A stretch of 64,000 bases of DNA, taken from the NCBI GenBank assembly GCA_963706575.1, contig CAVPNL010000015.1:192001-256000 (forward strand). The letters run 5' to 3'. Below are positions 9,224 to 18,937 of the stretch, piece by piece. The translations under genes and the position numbers were made by a program. This DNA is from an uncultured delta proteobacterium. Its GTDB lineage: Bacteria > Desulfobacterota > Desulfobacteria > Desulfobacterales > JAHEIW01. Positions within the stretch are counted from its first letter, which is position 1; each line of letters opens with the position of its first letter. The notes under the pieces are model-generated. The model was not told the origin of the DNA and did not search any database. It worked only from the letters and a program-made list of their open reading frames with translations.

Positions 9224-12175
9224 ATGCTATTCGATATGAATCGGCGAACCTTCCTCAAGATTGCGGGTATGGGCAGCATTTCCCTGGCAGCAGGCTGCAG
9301 TCCTCCTGAAAAAAACCTGTTTTCCCTCGTTCACGCACCCGACGACATGGTAACCGGCAAAGCGACCTGGTATGCATCGACCTGCCGCGAATGCCCGGCC
9401 GGATGCGGCATTCTGGCTAAAAATCGCGAAGGGCGCGTTATCAAAATCGAAGGTAACCCCCTGCACCCCATCAACAACGGCAAGATCTGTATGCGGGGCC
9501 AGGCTGCGTTGCAGGCCATTTACAACCCCGACCGCATCAAAACCCCCTTGCTGAGGGAAAAAGACAAATGGCAACCCATTTCATTTTCAAAAGCGCGGTC
9601 CATTTTAAAAAATAAAACCCAGGAGGCTTCCCAAAAAGGACCTGATCACATCCGCATGTTGACAGAGGTCGTGGGGGAAAGCCTGCTGGCGCTCTTTTCG
9701 GATGCGCTCAATCGATGGAACGCGCGCGAACCGATGGTATATGAGCCCTTTTCCTATGAATCCCTAAAAACTGCCAACGAAAAAGTTTTCGGGCAAAACG
9801 GCCTGGTTTCCTATCATATGCAGGAGGCGGATATACTGGTTTCTTTCGGGGCCGATTTTCTGGAAACCTGGTTATCACCGGTTGAATACGCTCATAAATT
9901 TAAGTCCATGCATGCTTTCAAAAACGGCCAAAAAGTCTCATTTTACCATCTGAGCCCGGTTCAATCCCTGACAGGAGCCAACGCCGACTCCTGGTTGGCA
10001 TGCAACACCGGCAGCGAGGCCAGCATCGCCCTTGGGCTGGTTCGTCAGGCGCTTGATATCCGTAAAGGCAAAACACTGCCATGGTCTTTCCGTAAAGCGC
10101 TGCTTGAAGCGACAGCCCCTTATACCCAGGATCGAGTGCTGCAATCATCCGGCTTATCTTTGGCGCAATATGAAAAACTCATTATTAAGTTGATGGGTGC
10201 CCGCAAACCTCTGGTACTGGGTACCGGCACCGGCGCGGGCGATTTAAACGGCCTGCAGACCAACATCGCGGTAAATTTATTAAACCTGCTGCTGGACCCG
10301 GATTTAACGCTGCTGGATTTCAACCAGCGCCACCGTGTGGAAATTGCAGCCAAACGGTCTGCTGTGCTGCAATTTTTTGATCGCCTGAAAACGGATGCGG
10401 TTGAAGTCTTGATACTGAACAATGTCAATCCGGCTTTTAGTATAGCGCCCAAAAGCGGCGTGAAGGAGGTGCTAGAACAGGACGACTTGTTTGTGGTCAG
10501 CTTCAGCAATTTCATGGATGAAACTTCAGCGCTGGCTGATCTGATTTTTCCGGTCGCCATGCCACTTGAAACCTGGGATGAATATAGCGGCTGGCAATCG
10601 GTTACCTCCACCCTGCAGCCGGCCATGGGCAGATTAACCCGGTCGACCCATATCGGCGATGTTATCCTGGACACCGCTTTTAAAAATGAAAAGCCGTCTG
10701 AAAATTATAAAACCTATCTATTTTCCAGACTGGTGGCCGAGCGCAAAATTGAAGATGAAAAAGGGTGGGTGCAGCTCCTCCAGGTGGGCGGCGCCATCGA
10801 TTCACCTGCGGCCGCCGGTTTAGCGAAATTGGACCTGGAACCGCAAAAAATAACCGATCACCTGTCGCAACCTGCGGAAACCGCTGCGGCTGAGCTGATA
10901 TTCGGTGCCATTCCGTCTATCCGGTTCTTTGACGGCAGGGGTGCCAACAGGCCCTGGTTGTGTGAAATTCCGGATCCGCTGACGCGGGTGGCCTGGCAAA
11001 GCCCGGTCAGCATGCATCCTGACACGGCCAAAAAACAAAATATCGCCCAGGGTGATATCATCCAGATTGAATCGAAATGGGGCAGTTTGGAAGCACCGGT
11101 TTACGTGAACGGATTTGTAAAACCGGGGCTGCTGGTCATGAATATCGGCCAGGGGCATCACGCTTACGGGCGCTACGCGGAAAACCAGGGTGTCAATCCG
11201 ATCGTCATCTTACCGCCTGATGCGAATCCGGATTCAGGGGGTCCGCTTTTTTCCACGGATCAAATAAAGATTCGCCCAACCGGCCGGAAGTTGAAACTGG
11301 CCAACACGGACGGCAGCCGAACCCAGCACGAACGGACATTTGCGCTGACCGTCGGCCTGACGGAATTGAACCTGGGGAAAATGCCCAAAAGGGCCGGTCT
11401 GACCATGGAAGATTTTCCCTTAACGCTGCCGATTCCCGAAGGTTATGATCCCAAACGGGATTTTTATCCGGCCCATGATCACGAAAACTACCGCTGGGCA
11501 ATGGTGATTGATCTGGATCGCTGCATCGGATGCGGCGCCTGCTCGGCCGCCTGCTATGCCGAAAACAATGTCGGCATTGTGGGTGAAGAACGGGTCATCC
11601 AAGGACGGGAGATGACCTGGTTGAGTATCGAGCGCTATCAAGACCCGGACCACATGCAAAAGGTAACCTTTTTGCCCATGCTCTGCCAGCATTGTGATAA
11701 TGCCCCCTGCGAATCGGTTTGCCCGGTGTATGCGCCACACCATTCAAAAGAAGGGCTCAACAACCAGATTTACAATCGCTGCATCGGAACCCGTTTTTGT
11801 GTCCAGAACTGCCCGTACAAAGTGCGGCGATTCAACTGGTTCGACTGGGAATGGCCCGAACCCATGAATGTGCAGCTCAATCCCGATGTCACCGTTCGCA
11901 GCAAGGGGGTGATGGAAAAATGCTCCTTCTGTATTCAACGCATCAAGGTCGCTCACAGCAACGCCAAGAACGAAAAGCGCATGATCCGTGACGGTGAGGT
12001 CATCCCGGCTTGCGTGCAAACCTGCCCGACCGATGCCCTGGTCTTTGGCAGTTTGATGGACAAACACAGCCGGGTCAGGCAAATGGTGGATGACCCCCGG
12101 GCCTATCAGGCCCTGGGCTATTTGAACACCAAACCGGCGGTGATTTATCTTAAGAAAGTTTTGCAGGAAATATAA
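9224..12175 (+). CDS. actB: Alternative complex III subunit B (molybdopterin-oxidoreductase-like domain fused to NrfC-like Fe-S domain)
   Basis: Tat motif NRRTFLK plus lipobox LAAGC; C-terminal CIGCGAC, CQHC..PC..VCP, CIGTRFC (3Fe-4S type), CSFC..CVQTCP. Start may be 9236. Confidence 0.88.
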   Translation: MLFDMNRRTFLKIAGMGSISLAAGCSPPEKNLFSLVHAPDDMVTGKATWYASTCRECPAGCGILAKNREGRVIKIEGNPLHPINNGKICMRGQAALQAIYNPDRIKTPLLREKDKWQPISFSKARSILKNKTQEASQKGPDHIRMLTEVVGESLLALFSDALNRWNAREPMVYEPFSYESLKTANEKVFGQNGLVSYHMQEADILVSFGADFLETWLSPVEYAHKFKSMHAFKNGQKVSFYHLSPVQSLTGANADSWLACNTGSEASIALGLVRQALDIRKGKTLPWSFRKALLEATAPYTQDRVLQSSGLSLAQYEKLIIKLMGARKPLVLGTGTGAGDLNGLQTNIAVNLLNLLLDPDLTLLDFNQRHRVEIAAKRSAVLQFFDRLKTDAVEVLILNNVNPAFSIAPKSGVKEVLEQDDLFVVSFSNFMDETSALADLIFPVAMPLETWDEYSGWQSVTSTLQPAMGRLTRSTHIGDVILDTAFKNEKPSENYKTYLFSRLVAERKIEDEKGWVQLLQVGGAIDSPAAAGLAKLDLEPQKITDHLSQPAETAAAELIFGAIPSIRFFDGRGANRPWLCEIPDPLTRVAWQSPVSMHPDTAKKQNIAQGDIIQIESKWGSLEAPVYVNGFVKPGLLVMNIGQGHHAYGRYAENQGVNPIVILPPDANPDSGGPLFSTDQIKIRPTGRKLKLANTDGSRTQHERTFALTVGLTELNLGKMPKRAGLTMEDFPLTLPIPEGYDPKRDFYPAHDHENYRWAMVIDLDRCIGCGACSAACYAENNVGIVGEERVIQGREMTWLSIERYQDPDHMQKVTFLPMLCQHCDNAPCESVCPVYAPHHSKEGLNNQIYNRCIGTRFCVQNCPYKVRRFNWFDWEWPEPMNVQLNPDVTVRSKGVMEKCSFCIQRIKVAHSNAKNEKRMIRDGEVIPACVQTCPTDALVFGSLMDKHSRVRQMVDDPRAYQALGYLNTKPAVIYLKKVLQEI

Positions 12176-12179
12176 AAAA

Positions 12180-12354
12180 GAGCGTCTCGCTGAAGGCGAG
12201 ACTTTAGGAGCGGCCGTAAGGGCCTTAAGGAGCGTTCCGCTTCGCGGAACTTTAGGTTGGATTTAAAAAGTTTTGCCTCAAGCGAAGCGCTCCTCAAACA
12301 CAGCGCAAAAATTGCGCGGAGTGCTCCTCTAGTTTCGCTAAAAGCGAAACGCTC
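12180..12354. repeat. Inverted array of hairpin-containing units
   Basis: Three units GAGCG-[hairpin]-CTT(T/A)AG followed by three reverse units ending GCTC. Confidence 0.65.
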
Positions 12355-12429
12355 GGCTCATCACGAGAAAAATGATCGTGACTGAAAACCTAAATGATTG
12401 GTTTGTAAATTAACCTTTGGAACATTGAT

Positions 12430-13746
12430 ATGAGCCAACTGACGTACGCGAGCATTGACCAAACGGTACTGAACACCTTGAGTACGCCCAAAAAATACTA
12501 CTGGGCGATCGTGGCGGTTTTGTTTTTAGGCGTGCTGGTCGGTGCTGCCTGCTGGACCTATCAGATTTTTGTCGGTATTGGCGCCGGCGGTCAAAACAAC
12601 CCGGTGGGCTGGGGCACCTATCTGATCAACTTTGTCTTCTGGGTGGGAATTGCCCATTCAGGAACCCTGATTTCGGCCATCCTGCACCTGTTTCGGGCCG
12701 GATGGCGCAACCCCATTGCCCGGGCTGCTGAAACCATGACCGTTTTTGCGGTTTGCATTGCCGGGCTTTTCCCCTTTATCCATCTGGGGCGCGTCTGGCA
12801 GGTCTATTATATGTTGCCGATACCCAGTCAGCGACTCCTGTGGCCCAATTTTCTGTCACCGCTGATGTTTGATGTGATTGCCATCAGCACCTATCTGACC
12901 GTCAGCAGCCTATTCTGGTACACCGGGCTGTTGCCGGATCTGGCTGCCGTCAGAGATCGTTCCCGGGGCACCCGTAAAAAAATCTTTAACATCCTGGCGC
13001 TGGGATGGACCGGCGCCCACGAACAGTGGCGCCATTACACCCGCGGCTATCTGTTCTTTGCCGCTCTGGCGACACCCCTGGTGATCTCGGTGCACAGTGT
13101 CGTGTCCTGGGATTTTGCGCTGGGAATTGCACCCGGCTGGCATACCACCATATTTGCGCCTTACTTTGTGGCCGGTGCCATCCATTCCGGTTTAGCCATG
13201 GTGCTGACATTGATGATCCCATTGCGTAAAATTTTTAATTACCAGAAAATCATTACCAAAGAGGTCCTGGAAAATGTGGCCAAAACCATCGTTTTTACCG
13301 GTTTGATTGTCGGCTTTGCCTACGCCACCGAATTTTTTATCGCCTGGTACAGCCAGAATTCGGTTGAAATAGAGCAATTTCGCTGGCGGGCATTTGGTGA
13401 TTACCGCTGGGGATTTTACTTCATGGTATTGTGCAACACCCTGACACCGCTGCTGTTCCTGTTTAAAAAAATACGGACCACCGTCGCAGCCCTTTTTATT
13501 ATTTCGCTGATTGTCAATTTTGGAATGTGGTGGGAACGATTTGTCATCATCGTCGGCGGCGTGGCGCGCGGCTTTTCGCCCCATGCATGGGGATTATACG
13601 CGCCCACCCTGATCGAATACGGCATTATGCTGGGCAGCTTCTGCCTGTTTTTCTTCTTTTTTCTGTTATTTGCCAAGCATCTGCCGTCGGTCTCGATGAC
13701 AGAAATGAAAGAAACCCTTGATCATGGAGGCAGCCATGCAGGGTAA
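12430..13746 (+). CDS. actC: Alternative complex III subunit C (NrfD/PsrC family quinol-site subunit)
   Basis: NFVFWVGIAHSGTLISAIL, RAAETMT, HLGRVW, WPNFLSPLMFD, VHSVVSWDFA, PGWHTTIFAPYFVAGA. Confidence 0.93.
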   Translation: MSQLTYASIDQTVLNTLSTPKKYYWAIVAVLFLGVLVGAACWTYQIFVGIGAGGQNNPVGWGTYLINFVFWVGIAHSGTLISAILHLFRAGWRNPIARAAETMTVFAVCIAGLFPFIHLGRVWQVYYMLPIPSQRLLWPNFLSPLMFDVIAISTYLTVSSLFWYTGLLPDLAAVRDRSRGTRKKIFNILALGWTGAHEQWRHYTRGYLFFAALATPLVISVHSVVSWDFALGIAPGWHTTIFAPYFVAGAIHSGLAMVLTLMIPLRKIFNYQKIITKEVLENVAKTIVFTGLIVGFAYATEFFIAWYSQNSVEIEQFRWRAFGDYRWGFYFMVLCNTLTPLLFLFKKIRTTVAALFIISLIVNFGMWWERFVIIVGGVARGFSPHAWGLYAPTLIEYGIMLGSFCLFFFFFLLFAKHLPSVSMTEMKETLDHGGSHAG

Positions 13747-14242
13747 AAAATACATTATGGGGCTTTTTAAAAATGAAGACCAGGTAGTTTCAACGCTGGC
13801 GGCGCTGAAAGAAACTGCCTACAAATTTCAGCGGGTTCACAGCCCGATTCCGAGTCATAAGATTATGGCTGCTCTCGACTTAAAAAAAAGCAAGGTCGGC
13901 TGGTTTACCCTGGCCGGCGGTATCCTCGGATTCATCAGCGGATTCGCCCTGGCCATATTTTGTTCAATTCAGTGGAATTTGATTGTCAGCGGAAAGCCGA
14001 TCATATCGCTGATTCCGTTTTTCATAGTTGGATTTGAATTTACCATCCTCTTTGCGGTTTTTGGCAATATCATCGGCCTGCTCACTCAGACGCGATTGCC
14101 CAGCTTTAAGAAAATGGAATATTACGACCCGCGTTGCTCGGGTGAACATTTCGGCGTGCTGGCAGCGTGTGATCCCGTGCATCAGGATGGCTTGAAAGAA
14201 TTTTTTCAGCAAAACGGAGGGGAAGTAAAGGTTTTTGAATAA
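13736..14242 (+). CDS. actD: Alternative complex III subunit D (DUF3341)
   Basis: HSPIP, two TM helices, VSGKP..FEFTILF, YDPR; start 13736 after SD GGAGG. Confidence 0.85.
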   Translation: MQGKKYIMGLFKNEDQVVSTLAALKETAYKFQRVHSPIPSHKIMAALDLKKSKVGWFTLAGGILGFISGFALAIFCSIQWNLIVSGKPIISLIPFFIVGFEFTILFAVFGNIIGLLTQTRLPSFKKMEYYDPRCSGEHFGVLAACDPVHQDGLKEFFQQNGGEVKVFE

Positions 14243-14244
14243 AC

Positions 14245-14327
14245 GTTTTATTGGTTTGATTGGTTTCATTGGTTTCATTAGTTTGACGCAAAGGCAAAAA
14301 AAATTAAACCAATTTAACCAATTCAAC
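14245..14327. repeat. Inverted array of 9-bp tandem repeats (ATTGGTTTC / AACCAATT)
   Basis: Four forward units then reverse-complement units, between actD and actF. Confidence 0.75.
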
Positions 14328-14343
14328 ATCCAGGCAAATTAAT

Positions 14344-15564
14344 ATGGCACCCAACGATACGAATACCGATAAGCCAAACAAATCACCGGCGAGGTGGATA
14401 TTTTTCGTCCTGATCATCATCGGTATGGCGGCTTTTATCCACGGCATTATGAGTCCCCATCCGGAAAAAGCCTGGCAGGCCTATTTAATTAACTTTCTAC
14501 TGTGGTCTGCAATCGCCCAGGGGGCGGTTCTCTTTTCAGCAGTGATGCATATGACCAAGGCCCGCTGGAGTGGTCCGCTATCCGCATTATCTGAATCCTT
14601 TGCGGCCTTTTTCCCGCTCTCATTCGTGCTGTTTCTGCTGCTATTTTTGGGACGCGCCCATATCTTTCCGTGGCTGCATGAGGATCTGCACGGCAAAGAA
14701 GTCTGGCTCAATATCCCGTTTCTTTTCACACGGGATTGCATCGGCCTGCTGGTGCTCTATGCCATTGGATTTGCCTATCTCTATAATGCGCTGCAGCTGC
14801 GATCTGACGCGAATCAAGCTCAGGGCGCATTTCGCCAAATGATTTACAAAGGCTGGATCCGCAACAACCGCAGCCCCAAAAAGGTAAAGAAAAAAATGAC
14901 CATCTGGGCCGGTCTTTATATTCTGGCATTCACGCTCGTGCTGAGCCTGATCGGCTATGACCTGGTGATGAGTATGGACCCCCACTGGATATCGACCCTG
15001 TTCGGGGGCTACACCTTTGTAAAAGCCTTTTATGTCGGATTGGGCGCCTTAATCATTCTGGCGGCCATCACCCGCATCAAAAGAGGCAAAGCCTCCGGTT
15101 TGGAGCCATCCCATTTTCATGATATCGGCAAACTGTTTTTTGCATTTTGCCTGCTGTGGGCCGACTTTTTCTATGTCCAGCTAACGGTCATCTGGTACGG
15201 CAATATACCAGAGGAAACCCATTATGTTATTGAACGCACCGTATCAGTCCCCTGGAACACATTGGCCTGGACCATTTTTGTGATCTGTTTCATTATTCCG
15301 TTTTTGATTCTTTTGAATAAAAGGGTGAAATCGATGCCGGTATTTATGGTGATTTTATGCAGCTTTATTATCATCGGATTCTGGCTGGAGCACCTTTTGC
15401 TGTTGGCGCCTGCGTTGAGCCATGATGTTCATTCGCTGTCGTTAAGTGTTTTTGATGGGTTGATAACGGTGGGCTTTTTAGGGCTGATGGCCGCTGCGGT
15501 AAGTTTCTTTTTAAAACACTTCCCGGAAATTTCCAGGCCGGCAGCGGTCGGCCCGTCGGGTTAA
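14344..15564 (+). CDS. actF: Alternative complex III subunit F
   Basis: Polytopic; WLNIPF..R, DLVMSMDPHWISTLFG, HDIGKLFFAF, QLTVIWYGNIPEET. Confidence 0.88.
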   Translation: MAPNDTNTDKPNKSPARWIFFVLIIIGMAAFIHGIMSPHPEKAWQAYLINFLLWSAIAQGAVLFSAVMHMTKARWSGPLSALSESFAAFFPLSFVLFLLLFLGRAHIFPWLHEDLHGKEVWLNIPFLFTRDCIGLLVLYAIGFAYLYNALQLRSDANQAQGAFRQMIYKGWIRNNRSPKKVKKKMTIWAGLYILAFTLVLSLIGYDLVMSMDPHWISTLFGGYTFVKAFYVGLGALIILAAITRIKRGKASGLEPSHFHDIGKLFFAFCLLWADFFYVQLTVIWYGNIPEETHYVIERTVSVPWNTLAWTIFVICFIIPFLILLNKRVKSMPVFMVILCSFIIIGFWLEHLLLLAPALSHDVHSLSLSVFDGLITVGFLGLMAAAVSFFLKHFPEISRPAAVGPSG

Positions 15565-15596
15565 AAGAAACAATTGTTTAACAAGGTATTAAACCA

Positions 15597-16110
15597 TTGA
15601 GTAAAAATGCAATCGCCATTTTAACAACCCTGGGGACCGCTCTGTTTATTGCGGCATTTATTTTCTTTTTCTATACCCCGCCGCAAGCCCAAATCGGGCC
15701 GGAACAACCGATCCCATTCAGCCATAATGTCCACAGCGGTGTTAAACAAATCCAGTGCCAGTATTGTCACCCCTATCGTGGCCTATTCCAATCATCCCGG
15801 AATACCGGCCGTGGGAAAATGCCTGCACTGCCATAAATATATTATTGCCAACCATCCCTGGATCAAGAAGGAACACGAATACTTTAACGCCAATACACCA
15901 ACGCCCTGGGTAAAAGTCAATTATGTGGCCGAACACGTGCTGTTTAATCACCAGCGTCATATTAACAATAAAATTGCCTGTACCGAATGTCACGGACAAG
16001 TGCAGAACCTTCAGCGCTTACCGCAAAAAATTTGGCGTATGGGTGAGTGCGTCGCGTGTCACCGAAAGAAAAATGCCAATCTCGACTGCTGGCTGGCGTG
16101 TCATAGTTAA
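15597..16110 (+). pseudogene. actA: Pentaheme cytochrome c ActA, interrupted by one extra base near 15777 (real frameshift or assembly error)
   Basis: Frame 1: TM anchor, PEQPIPFSHNVH, CQYCH; frame 2: CLHCH, FNHQRH, CTECH, MGECVACH, CWLACH. Removing one base from CCC TAT C GTG gives a continuous 170-aa protein. Confidence 0.85.
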
Positions 16111-16113
16111 TTA

Positions 16114-16191
16114 GCATAGCGCATGGAGCATAGAGCATGGCGTTTATTAACGGATGTTTTTTCGCTCTGCGCTTTGCGCTCTGCCCTATGC
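16114..16191. repeat. Inverted array of 7-bp tandem repeats (GCATRGM)
   Basis: gcatagc gcatgga gcataga gcatggc ... gctctgc gctttgc gctctgc cctatgc. Confidence 0.8.
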
Positions 16192-16215
16192 AAAGCGAAA
16201 AAGGGAGTTTAGATT

Positions 16216-17595
16216 TTGTCGACTGAAGTCACTGAAAATGTGCCATCAAACAATCCGACAGCCAAGGCATTCACGTTGACATCCGCATTTTGGTTTGCCG
16301 CGGCAACCTCTCTTGGCATGATCGGCGCGGGTTACCTGATTGCGCCGGATTTCCTGGCCAACATTGAATATGTTCACTTTGGTCGAGTAAGACCGATGCA
16401 CATCAATGCCGTGTTGTTCGGGTTTGTCACGCCGGGTTTATTGGCTGTGGCTTTTTACTATATCCCCAGACTTTTGCGAACTGAACTGTTCAGCCACAAA
16501 CTGGGTGTGTTCAGCGCCATTTTCTGGAACATCACGGTGGCATCCGGCCTCATTGGCATCAGCCTCGGTTACACCCAGGGACGCGAGTATGCCGAATTGC
16601 CCTGGCCGGTTGATATTATGGTGGTTATCAGCTTCTCTTTGGTTGTATTCAACATTTTAATGACCGTCCGGCAACGAGAAGAACGAATTTTGTATGTATC
16701 CATCTGGTATACGACCGCCGCTGTCATTCTGACATCCATCACCTATTGTCTGGGCAACGTCATCTGGAAACCGGACACCGGCGCCCTGGTGGGTATCCCG
16801 GATGCTATTCTCCTGTGGTTCTACGGCCACAATATTTTCGGGCTTCTACTCACGCCCATGGGATTAGGGGTGGCCTATTATGTGCTGCCAATTGCCACGC
16901 GCAGTCCGCTATACAGCCACTCACTGTCGCTGCTGGGATTCTGGTCTTTGATCATTGTCTATACCCACATCGGCACCCATCACCTGCTGCAGGTGCCGGT
17001 GCCCACCTGGCTGAAAACCATATCGATTGTCGACAGTATCGCCATGGTGATCCCGGTGATGATTGTATTGATCAATCTGTGGTACACCATCAAAGGCAAG
17101 CTGGGAGAGATTCATGCCAACATCGGCGCCAAATTCGTGCTGACCGGCACCATTTATTATTTCTTTGTCAATATCCAGGGCTCGATGATGGCCCTGCCGC
17201 ATGTGCAGCGCATCACCCACTTCAACAACTGGGTGGTCGGCCATGCACATATCGGTGTGCTCGGATTTGCCGGCATAACGGCTCTGGGGGGACTGTATTT
17301 CATTTTGCCCAAAATTACGGGCAAACCCCTGTACAGCAAATTTCTGGCCGACGTCCAATACTGGCTGGTGCTGATCGGCGTCACGGGCTTTGCGATCGTT
17401 TTGACCATCGCGGGGTTAATTCAGGGCAATGCCTGGTACAATGGTGAAACCCTTTATCGGACGTTACCCATGATTCAACCCTATTACATTTTAAGAGCGT
17501 CGCTGGGGGCCTTTATTATGATTGGCGCATACATCGGATTATACAACGTGATTCGATCGTTATTTTTTAATCGTGGAGCTGCAACATGCGAATGA
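16216..17595 (+). CDS. ccoN: cbb3-type (C-family) heme-copper oxidase subunit I, divergent
   Basis: GRVRPMHINAVLFGF, GREYAELPW, WFYGHN, helix VII Y..IGTHH, WVVGHAH; TTG start with SD AGGGAG. Confidence 0.88.
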   Translation: MSTEVTENVPSNNPTAKAFTLTSAFWFAAATSLGMIGAGYLIAPDFLANIEYVHFGRVRPMHINAVLFGFVTPGLLAVAFYYIPRLLRTELFSHKLGVFSAIFWNITVASGLIGISLGYTQGREYAELPWPVDIMVVISFSLVVFNILMTVRQREERILYVSIWYTTAAVILTSITYCLGNVIWKPDTGALVGIPDAILLWFYGHNIFGLLLTPMGLGVAYYVLPIATRSPLYSHSLSLLGFWSLIIVYTHIGTHHLLQVPVPTWLKTISIVDSIAMVIPVMIVLINLWYTIKGKLGEIHANIGAKFVLTGTIYYFFVNIQGSMMALPHVQRITHFNNWVVGHAHIGVLGFAGITALGGLYFILPKITGKPLYSKFLADVQYWLVLIGVTGFAIVLTIAGLIQGNAWYNGETLYRTLPMIQPYYILRASLGAFIMIGAYIGLYNVIRSLFFNRGAATCE

Positions 17596-18518
17596 CCCCG
17601 ACTGTCATATTCACGGGCATCCTGGCGCTGCTGACGGCCATCACACTGATTGTCGTCTATTGGCCCTACGCCACCCGTGATACGACACCATCAGATATTT
17701 TTCGCTCGCGCACGGCGATTGAAAATGCGGGTCGCAAGATTTACCTGGAAAACGGGTGTGTTTACTGTCACAGCCAGTCTATTCGGGCGATCGATTGGGG
17801 CCACGGGGCACAACGCATTGCCCAATCCGGTGACTATATTGCCGATGAACCCGTGGCGCTGGGATCCCAGCGCACCGGTGTGGATCTGTCGCAGGAAGGC
17901 GGCGAGCATCCGGACGACTGGCACATTGCCCATTTTATCAACCCTCGCTACACACGGCCCAGCTCGATCATGCCGCCTTTTAAGTGGCTGGGTACGCAAC
18001 GCATCGATACGCTGACCCAGTACATTCAAAGTCTGGGATTCAAGGATGCCGACCGGCGCATGCAGCGCCAGCGTTACTGGAAAGAGGAATCCATCAGGGC
18101 TTATGAAGCCGGGCCCGATGTGAACGCCCGCTGGCTGGCGGAAATCGTTCCGGAGGGATGGCGCAACATACCGAATCCGTATCCGACCACTACAGCCAGC
18201 CTGCAACGGGGCCATAAAATTTATCAGAATTTTTGTATAGGCTGCCACGGCCCGATCGGTGACGGCATGGGACCGGCCCAACCCTGGATATACCCGCCGC
18301 CGTTGAATTTCACCATTTTAAAGGGCAGAGAAATATCCGGCGGGATCATATACTATCAACTGATGAACGGCATTACCGGCACCGCTATGCCGTATTTTAA
18401 ACGCGATCTGGAATCGCAAAAAATCTGGGAAGTCGGTGACTACATCGCGGTTTATTTTATCAACCAAAGCGATGCCAATACCGAGCCGCGCGGTATCGAT
18501 TCTGCGTGGGAACCCTAA
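17586..18518 (+). CDS. ccoO: cbb3 oxidase subunit II fused to a second class I cytochrome c domain
   Basis: GRKIYLENGCVYCHSQSIR, GSQRTG.DL, SIMP; second domain IPNPY..CIGCH..GTAMP. Start may be 17592 (ATGA overlap). Confidence 0.88.
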   Translation: MRMTPTVIFTGILALLTAITLIVVYWPYATRDTTPSDIFRSRTAIENAGRKIYLENGCVYCHSQSIRAIDWGHGAQRIAQSGDYIADEPVALGSQRTGVDLSQEGGEHPDDWHIAHFINPRYTRPSSIMPPFKWLGTQRIDTLTQYIQSLGFKDADRRMQRQRYWKEESIRAYEAGPDVNARWLAEIVPEGWRNIPNPYPTTTASLQRGHKIYQNFCIGCHGPIGDGMGPAQPWIYPPPLNFTILKGREISGGIIYYQLMNGITGTAMPYFKRDLESQKIWEVGDYIAVYFINQSDANTEPRGIDSAWEP

Positions 18519-18522
18519 AGGA

Positions 18523-18612
18523 GTTTGATTGGTTTCATTGGTTCAATTGGTTAAATTGGTTCGGCACCAAACGAATAAAACAAATAAAACCAATCCAACC
18601 AATTAAACAAAC
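18523..18612. repeat. Inverted array of 9-bp tandem repeats (same family as 14245)
   Basis: gtttgattg gtttcattg gttcaattg gttaaattg ... cgaataaaa caaataaaa ccaatccaa ccaattaaa. Confidence 0.8.
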
Positions 18613-18622
18613 GATAGTAAAC

Positions 18623-18886
18623 ATGTACTACCCTTATTTCATCGCATACATGGCCGCCGGTTTTATCATCAGCCTAGTGGTGTTCTTCTGGGCCCTGAAC
18701 AGCGGTCAGTTCAAAGACCAGCAGCGGGCGCGCTTTCTGCCGCTGCAAAATGATCTGCAAACCAGACCGGCAAAGGTACCGCGATTTGCACGCATTCAAA
18801 CCGCTGTCCTGTTTACGCTGGTCTGCTTATGCCTGGCAAGCGCGGTGGCGGTGGTAATCTTTTCCCTGATGAAGGGCCTCAAATAA
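18623..18886 (+). CDS. ccoS: cbb3 oxidase assembly protein CcoS with extra C-terminal TM helix
   Basis: FFWALNSGQFKD motif; the longer track ORF merely reads through the repeat. Confidence 0.8.
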   Translation: MYYPYFIAYMAAGFIISLVVFFWALNSGQFKDQQRARFLPLQNDLQTRPAKVPRFARIQTAVLFTLVCLCLASAVAVVIFSLMKGLK

Positions 18887-18937
18887 TACCCGTGCGTGTA
18901 TAAAGCGCCGGTTAAGACACGAAAAAGGAAAGCGGTT

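Noticed and set aside
9224..16110. Calling the cluster Qrc or polysulfide reductase
   Set aside because: Fused B subunit with CIGTRFC plus ActD and ActF homologues fits ACIII better.
18506..18622. Trp-rich repetitive N-terminus of the ccoS ORF (and similar ORFs at 13964, 25235, 50793)
   Set aside because: Translation of intergenic tandem repeats.
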